From assembly GCF_009914755.1 (NCBI RefSeq), contig NC_060927.1: a stretch of DNA of 64,000 bases, one strand, 5' to 3'. How positions within the stretch are numbered: the stretch's first letter is position 1; each line of letters opens with the position of its first letter. Shown piece by piece: positions 57,346 to 64,000 of this stretch. The stretch comes from the human T2T-CHM13v2.0 reference genome, Homo sapiens. A program made the translations under genes and the position numbers. The notes under the pieces are model-generated. The model worked only from the letters and a program-made list of their open reading frames with translations, was not told the origin of the DNA and made no database searches.

Positions 57346-58799
57346 ACTTCCTCTCTGGCTGGGTGCGGTGGCTCACGCCTGTGATCCTAGCACTTTGGGA
57401 GGCCGAGGCGGGTGGATCACCTGAGGTCAGGAGTTTGAGACCACTCTAGCCAACATGGTGAAACCCCGTCTGTACTAAAAATACAAAAATTAGCTGGGTG
57501 TGGTGGCACACGCCTGTAGTCCCAGCTACTCCAGAGGCTGAGGCAGGAGAATCACTTGAACCCGGGAGGTGTTCAGCAGTAAGGTTTTCTGACAAGTGAC
57601 CCTGTCCTCTTTCTTGGACCAAGGCTGGCCTGTGACCCCAGGGCCACCATTCCAGGTACTGGGTAGGCCAGCAACCTCTGAGGTGACTTGTCTTGACAGG
57701 ATGAGTAGCCTCAAGTAGTTTGTCCCTTGGAGATTGGAATTAAGAATTTCCAAGAGAGGTTTTCAATTTGTAGAAGGAGTAGGGGCTGGAGGGTCCTCAG
57801 TGGCCATATGTATAACAAATCCAGGAGGGAGTGGTCAATTCAGCAGAGAACAGGGGGACATGCAAAAGAAGCAGGGAGGTCTTGGGAAAGATCATGCAGT
57901 CCAGGAGAGAGAGACAGGGCTGCTGAGAGACAGAGAGACCTCTGATCCCATTGGCAGTCCAGTCTCAAGACCATACATTGAGTTCCTTTTTCTTTATCCT
58001 GCAAAACTTTGTAGTTTAAAACACAAACACCCAGTTAAATCTAGCTGATTTATTTACAACTATAGACTGACTTAAAGATAAGCAATAGGCTGGGTGCAGC
58101 GGCTCACGCCTGTAATCCCAGCACTTTGGGAGGCTGAGGCGGGCAGATCACCTGAGGTCAGGAGTTCGAGACCAGCTGGCCAACATGGTGAAACCCCATC
58201 TCTAGTAAAAATACAAAAATTAGCCAGGTATGGTGGTGGGCACCTGTAATCCCAGCTACTCAGGAGGCTGAGGCAGAAGAATCACTTGAACCCAGGACGC
58301 AGAGGTTGCAGTGGGCCAAGGTAGCGCTCTTGCACTCCAGCCTGGGTGGCAGAGCGAGACTCCATTGCATAAATAAATAAATAAATAAAGATGAGTAATA
58401 ATATTCCAAGTGAGAGAAGGAAATATTCAGACTGCTTAACTTGTAGCTCACATATATTCATTATTTCTGTACCTTTTTTTTTTTTTTTTTAATTTTGACA
58501 GGGTCTCTATCTCTCAGGCTGGAGTGCAGTGGTGGTGAGGTCTCAGCTCACTTCAACTTTCGCCTCCCAGGTTCAGGTGATCTTCCCACCTCAGCCTTCC
58601 AAATAGTTGGGACCACAGGCATGCACCACCACAGCGGTTAATTTTTTTGTAGAGATGTGGTTTTGCCACGTTGCCCAGGCTGGTCTCTAACTCCTGGACT
58701 CAAGTGATCCTCCCACTTTGTCCTCCCAAGGTGATGGGATTACAGGCATGAGCCACTGTGCCCAGCTGGTACTTTTTTTTATTTTAAGATTATAGTATT

Positions 58800-59480
58800 A
58801 TCTGTCTCCCTATCAGCCATTTCATCCTCTCTTCCTTGTCAGGGAACTCTGATTTTGTTCAAGGATATAAGTAACTCAAATATTACATAGGGCCATGTGC
58901 AGTGGCTCACATCTGTAGTCCTAGCACTTTGGGGGGCCAAGGCAGGAGGATCGCTTGAGCTCAGAAGTTCGAGGCTGCAGCGAGCTATGATTGTGCCACT
59001 GCCTTCCAGCCTGGGCAACAGAGTGAGACCCTGTCTCAAAAAAGAAAAAAAATTACATAAGCAGAGTATGCGACAACAACAACAAAATCATAGAGACCTT
59101 GGCCTCTACTCTTAGGCAGATCCCAGTTATCTGAGTCAGCCATGGTGGTCTCATTCTTTTGCCAGCAGTTGGTTTAGGAACCAGCATGTAACAGACTCAG
59201 TCCTGGCCCATGAGATGAATAGGGAACTCTACTGAGGGATTCAGGGAGAGTGGATCAGACTTCTAAGAAAGAGTCTGGAAGAAATGGCTCCTTTTCCCAT
59301 CAGAATTTTTCTTTCTTTCTTTCTTTCTTTTTTTAAATTTTAAATGTGGGCCAGGTGCAGTGGCTCACACCTGTAATCCCAGCACTTTGGGAGGCTGAAG
59401 GCAGGTGGATCACTTGAAGTCAGGAGTTCGAGAGCAGCCCGGACAACATGGTGAAACCCCATTCCTGCTAAATGCACGCG

Positions 59481-59511
<31 letters not shown>

Positions 59512-59850
59512 GAAAAATTAGCTGGGCATGGTGGCATATGCCTGTAATCCCAAAATCCCAACTACTTGGGAGGCTGAGACATGAGAACGGCTTGAAATCA
59601 GGAGGCAGAGCTTGCAATGAGCCAATATTTGGCCAATGCACTCCAGCCTGGGTCTTACTCTAGGGAGACTCTGTCTCAAAAAAAAAAAAAGAAAAATAAA
59701 TTCTGAATGTGATGTCTGTTACAGTCCACAGAGGTAAAAGATACAAGTAGCAGGGCTTGTGCCCAAGTTTTAGAGTGACTGTACCTATAGCCTACAGCCA
59801 GTAATCTCTGTCTTCTTTATTGTGAGATAATAAAGCCCTCATTATTTACA
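58800..59850 (+). mobile_element. MLT1K-like LTR fragments split by Alus
   Basis: GAACTCTGATTTTGTTCA...TTGGTTTAGGAACCAGCATGTAAC...CCTGGCCCATGAGATG...GTGAGATAATAAA. Confidence 0.5.
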
Positions 59851-61799
59851 TTCCTTTTAAAATAAAATCCCACAGTATTGTATTGTAATTGATGCAGATA
59901 TAGCAGGTTATTAAACCACAGCTAGATTAATATTGTCATGAATCACAGGAAATTTTAGAGGTCATCTGTCTAATACAGTTCTACTTTACATCCCTACAGT
60001 GGCAAGATCCCAGTTAGAATGTGGAGTTGGCCTCTGTCCCTGTGCTATTTACTGGCTGGGGGCCCTGCACAAGTTATTTAATCTTGCTCAGTCTCACTTT
60101 CCTTACATATTAAAAGGAAATATAGTTTGTGGGAACTAAGTGAGATAATGTATCATGGCTGGCATAGAATAGGCACCAAATAAAAGCTAGCTATCATGGT
60201 TATTTCCAGATGAAAAAGGCATGGTTTTTGCCTTCAATAATATTACAATTAAGGAGTATGGAAAAGACAAACAGCCATGAAACGCAAAGTAAGACCTGAT
60301 GAAAACAACTGAGTCAAATCATGGGGGTAAAGAGAACATGTGCTGTAAGAGTTCAGAGGTGAGAAAAGCTTTATTTATTTATTTATTTTTAGAGACAGAG
60401 TCTTGCTCTGTCACCCAGGCTGGAGTACAGTGGCACGATTATAGCTCACTGCAGCCTTGACCTCCTGGGCTCAAGGAATCCTCTTGAATAGCTAGGACTA
60501 CAGGCATGTGCCACCATGCCCGACTAATTAATTTTTTTTTTTCTGTAGAGACAGGTCTTGCTATGTTGCCCCGGCTACTTGTGAATTCCTGGCCTCAAGC
60601 AATCCTTCCACCTTGGCCTCCCAAAGCTCTAGGATTATAGGTATGAGCCACTGTGCCCAGCCCAGAGGTGAGAAAAGCTTAATGAGCAAAAGGGCATTTG
60701 GGATTATGGCTGATTTTTATGATCTGAATTTTTCAAATTCCCTGCAAAAAATATCTATTGCCTATTTAATCACATAAAAGTTATTAAAATAATGTGCATT
60801 CCTCAATAAATAAAGGAAAGAAACAAATCTCCAAATGCCCATTGCAATGTTTCCCTTTGATAGTAGTGAACAACCTGGAAACATCCTAAATGTAGGAATT
60901 AAATAAATTGGGCCACATCCATGTGGCTGAATATGTTATACATATACATATGTATGACATATAATATGTCATACAGTTGTTAAACAGCTGGGAATTGTGT
61001 ACCAATATGGAAAAATGAAAAGAATTGCTTTGTTAGTGGTTAGACGTTGGATGGTTATTGGCTTTCCATCTGAATTTCGAGTTTCCATGATTACTACAAT
61101 ATTGTTTGTGCAATAAAACATTTAATGAAATCAAAGAAAATAAGTGTGAAATTTGACCCGAACAATGGGGCCTTTTGTGTAACATTCTTTGCTCTGGTGG
61201 TTGCAGGGGTCTGCCTATTTCTCCACACCCTGGCAGGTCCACAGCACAGATCCTTTGTCACCCTTAAGAAGGTGTGTGTGGAAGGCATGCGGCCTTGGTT
61301 GGCCAGGGCTGAGGACACCATCCCCTTCCCCAGTGGGTGGTGGGGGCTGCTTTCAGTGCCTCCTTGTCTGGAAGGGATATTAAGGCAGGAGGCCTGGCTA
61401 TGGCTTTTTGTTTTTGATATTCTCTTCATTAGATGTTCTATACTGTTTGTAAAATGGATGCTAAACCAGGAGAAAAACAGGTCTACCGTGTTTCCTTGAT
61501 CATCTGTGAGGGGCTCCGGCACAGGTGCTAGGTAGACAGGTAAAACGCAGCCATTTTCCTCTCACCCTTTCAGGGAAACCCTGCCATGCTTTCCTCCTTA
61601 GGAGTTACTTTTGGCAGGCCCGGGTCCCAAAGTCTAAGGGCCTGTGTATTTACTTCCCCTGAAGAGACAAGGGCCTGTAGCCCTCTTTTGGGGTCAGCGT
61701 CTGACACTAAACAGAGTCACTCATGGCTGTGACTTCCAGGCAGTGGACACGAGCTCTTCGGACTGCCAAGGCTGGCTCCAGCCACCCAGTTCCGCTTTT

Positions 61800-62280
61800 C
61801 TCTGGGGCCATCTGTAACAGTGCGGGGGGACGTGGGGTGGTCCCTGGGTGTCGCGGCGCAGAGCCCGGTCAGATGCGTGCCATTAGTGGAGACAAGCTCT
61901 GCATGGAGCTGGTGGCCTAATGGGGACCACGCTCGCCCTAATGCGAAGCAGCCGCCGCACCGCGGCCGAGCCTCTTCCTACTGGGCATGAGAGCTGACGA
62001 GATAGAACGGAAGAGCCACGAAAGGCCCTTTGATTCCAATACGAAACAAATTATTACTCCCGGAATGGAACAAAATAAGCCAGAGAGGAATCTCAAGGCC
62101 ACCCACCATTCCTACCTGCGAGGCTGCCGCCGACGGCCCCGGGCCTGCCTATCCTGCGATCTTTGGCGGGGACACGGAGACACGGCACTGAGGGGCTCCG
62201 GGCGACTGGGGCGGGGAAGTCGGAGTTCCTGGCCAACGGCCCGCGGGGGCCTGGATCCTTTGTTTGTTGGGGCACCCCAA
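61800..62280. promoter_or_regulatory. CpG-rich promoter-like segment with candidate minus-strand first exon (~62200 to 62116)
   Basis: High CpG density; GC box GGGGCGGGG (62208-62216), ETS-like GGAAGT, E2F-like TTTGGCGGG (62162-62170); minus-strand donor CAG|GTAGGA at 62116/62115. Confidence 0.6.
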
Positions 62281-62283
62281 GGT

Positions 62284-62463
62284 CAGTGGTCCTCAAACTT
62301 GAGTGAGGGAGCCTCCGCATCTCGTGGAGAGCTTGTTACAGGGCGAATTCCTGGGCCCCACCTCCAGAGTTTTTGATTTTGCAGGTGGAGTGGAGGTTGA
62401 GAATTTGCATTTTTTCAGGGAATGCTGGTGCTATCGGTCCAGGGAAAACTCTCTGAGAACCAG
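62284..62463. mobile_element. MER5A
   Basis: CAGTGGTCCTCAAACTTGAG...GGGCCCCACCTCCAGAGTTT...GAGAATTTGCATTT...TGAGAACCA. Confidence 0.75.
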
Positions 62464-63414
62464 CTAGTAAATATGGAGATGGAAGCAACTTGGCCTTGAG
62501 TCTCCCACTACCACTATCCTGGCATTCAGATGGCTAAGTCCCAGAGAGGTCTGCAGTGGGTAAACTATCTAATACAGCCCTCCCACCCCCCACCTACGAA
62601 GTCAACAAGTGATGCATGTGCCTAGCTTCTTTCATCCCCTTTGGAGCCTGTTTTTGATTGGTCACTCCTGTCCTATAGTGAACCAACCAAGTCCCACCCC
62701 AAAACTCAGGGACTGGAATTTCCCAGCACCCTGGGCAGGTAAATGGGCAGCTGCCAAAGGCCTGTGAGAAAAAACTGGTAACAGCTTCAGGACTCCAGGC
62801 AGCCTCTCTGGGGGATGCTTCTGCTCAAGTTGCCTAGCCTCTAGAGAAGGTTCCTGGCTCTCTGTCACTGGCCTGGGCCAGCAGTCATTCCTGGCAAGAG
62901 GAGTTTGGGGGTGAGGGGTAGGGAGTAGGGAGTAGGAAGGGGAGACTGGTGGCTGGGGGGACAGTGGCAACAATTCTTGTTGGGGTAACATCAGAATTCC
63001 TGCCTGGCTTCTTGGAAACCATTCAGGGATCTAAAAGCCTGAAAGTGTTTCTTTTTTTGTTTGTTTGTTTTTTAGAGACAAGGTCTTGCTGCTGCCCAGG
63101 CTGGAGTGCAGCGGCACAATCATAGCTCCGCAGCCTCATACTACTGGGCTCCATGGATCCTCCCAAGTAGTTGGGATTATAGGCATGAGCCACCAAGCCC
63201 GGCCAGTGCCTAATTTTTAAATTCTTTGTAGAGATGGTGGGGGGCGGGGAGGGGGTGGTCTCGTTATGTTGCCCAGGCTGGTCTCAAACTCCTGGCCTCA
63301 AGTTATCCTCCCGTTTCTGCCGCTCAAAATGCTGGGATAACAGGCATGAGCCACCGCACCCAGCCATGTGTTTTAGGTGCAGGATGTGTGGGATGAGGGC
63401 TTCCCTAGAGTAAA

Positions 63415-63593
63415 CCATTTGTTTTCAAACTTGAGTTTGCATCCGGATCACCTGGAGGCCTTCGTAAGACAGACTGCTGGCTCCACCCTAGAGTTGCTGA
63501 TTCAGTGGGGCTGAGGTGGGGTTGAGAGTTTGCATTTCTAACAAGGTCCTAGGTGCTGCTGATGATTTGGGTTCCACACTTTGAAAATCACAG
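63415..63593. mobile_element. MER5A
   Basis: TTTTCAAACTTGAG...ATCACCTGGAGG...CTGATTCAGT...TTTGCATTTCTAACAAG...CCACACTTTGAAAATCAC. Confidence 0.75.
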
Positions 63594-64000
63594 CCCTAGA
63601 CTTCATTTGGGATCTCCAAGCCCTCTCTATAGTTTCAAATGTCATGGTATCTGTCCCCAGCCCCACTCTCTGGACATCCTCCATCAGTCACTGGTCTTTG
63701 TGTTGATCACCTTTCTCCGCTTTTGAAAAGGCAGTTTGGTCTTGTCTTGTGCTGCCTGTGCTCTCTGGTTCTGGAAGCAGGAAACAGCTCTCAGGGTGAT
63801 TCAGCCATGGGAAGAGCAGCATCCCTCATACCCCACCCTCATTCTTGCACCCAGCCAGGCAGGACAGCTCCCTTCTATTTGCTGCCATCCCTCACCCTCT
63901 ATAATTGCTTGAGTCCTAGCCCTGGGTTAAGCTAAAAAGAATAGACAGCTGAGGAAAGATCCCTTTAATAGGCACCTTAGTATCCATGCAAGGCCAAGCC

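Noticed and set aside
61094-62376. ORFs 61125..61499(+), 61094..61522(-), 61987..62376(+)
   Set aside because: No similarity to any protein I recognise; the last runs into a MER5A; cannot be supported without a homology or Ribo-seq check.

Overview
Primate (human-like) non-coding genomic DNA, extremely Alu-dense (by eye roughly 90 Alu copies/fragments, many nested) on a background of old L1M, L2, MIR, CR1/L3, MaLR/ERV LTRs and hAT-type DNA transposons. No intact protein-coding exon, RNA gene or CRISPR array could be supported; almost all listed ORFs are Alu or low-complexity read-throughs. The only recognisable host-gene sequence is a processed pseudogene of ATP5MC1 (ATP synthase c-subunit, minus strand, ~22.1-23.0 kb) with a premature stop and an Alu insertion. 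Two CpG-rich, promoter-like islands (~48.4-49.35 kb, with two near-consensus CTCF motifs, and ~61.8-62.3 kb) both carry strong minus-strand splice donors, suggesting the window is the 5' end/large intron of a leftward transcript I cannot name. Other notable items: a solo LTR10 with p53-like half-sites, ERV-L dUTPase and CR1 reverse-transcriptase relics, a multi-level TE nest, several micro-duplications, a perfect hairpin and a four-tier G4 motif. I found no evidence for a novel multi-gene system; repeat subfamily names are from recalled consensus sequences and need RepeatMasker/Dfam confirmation.
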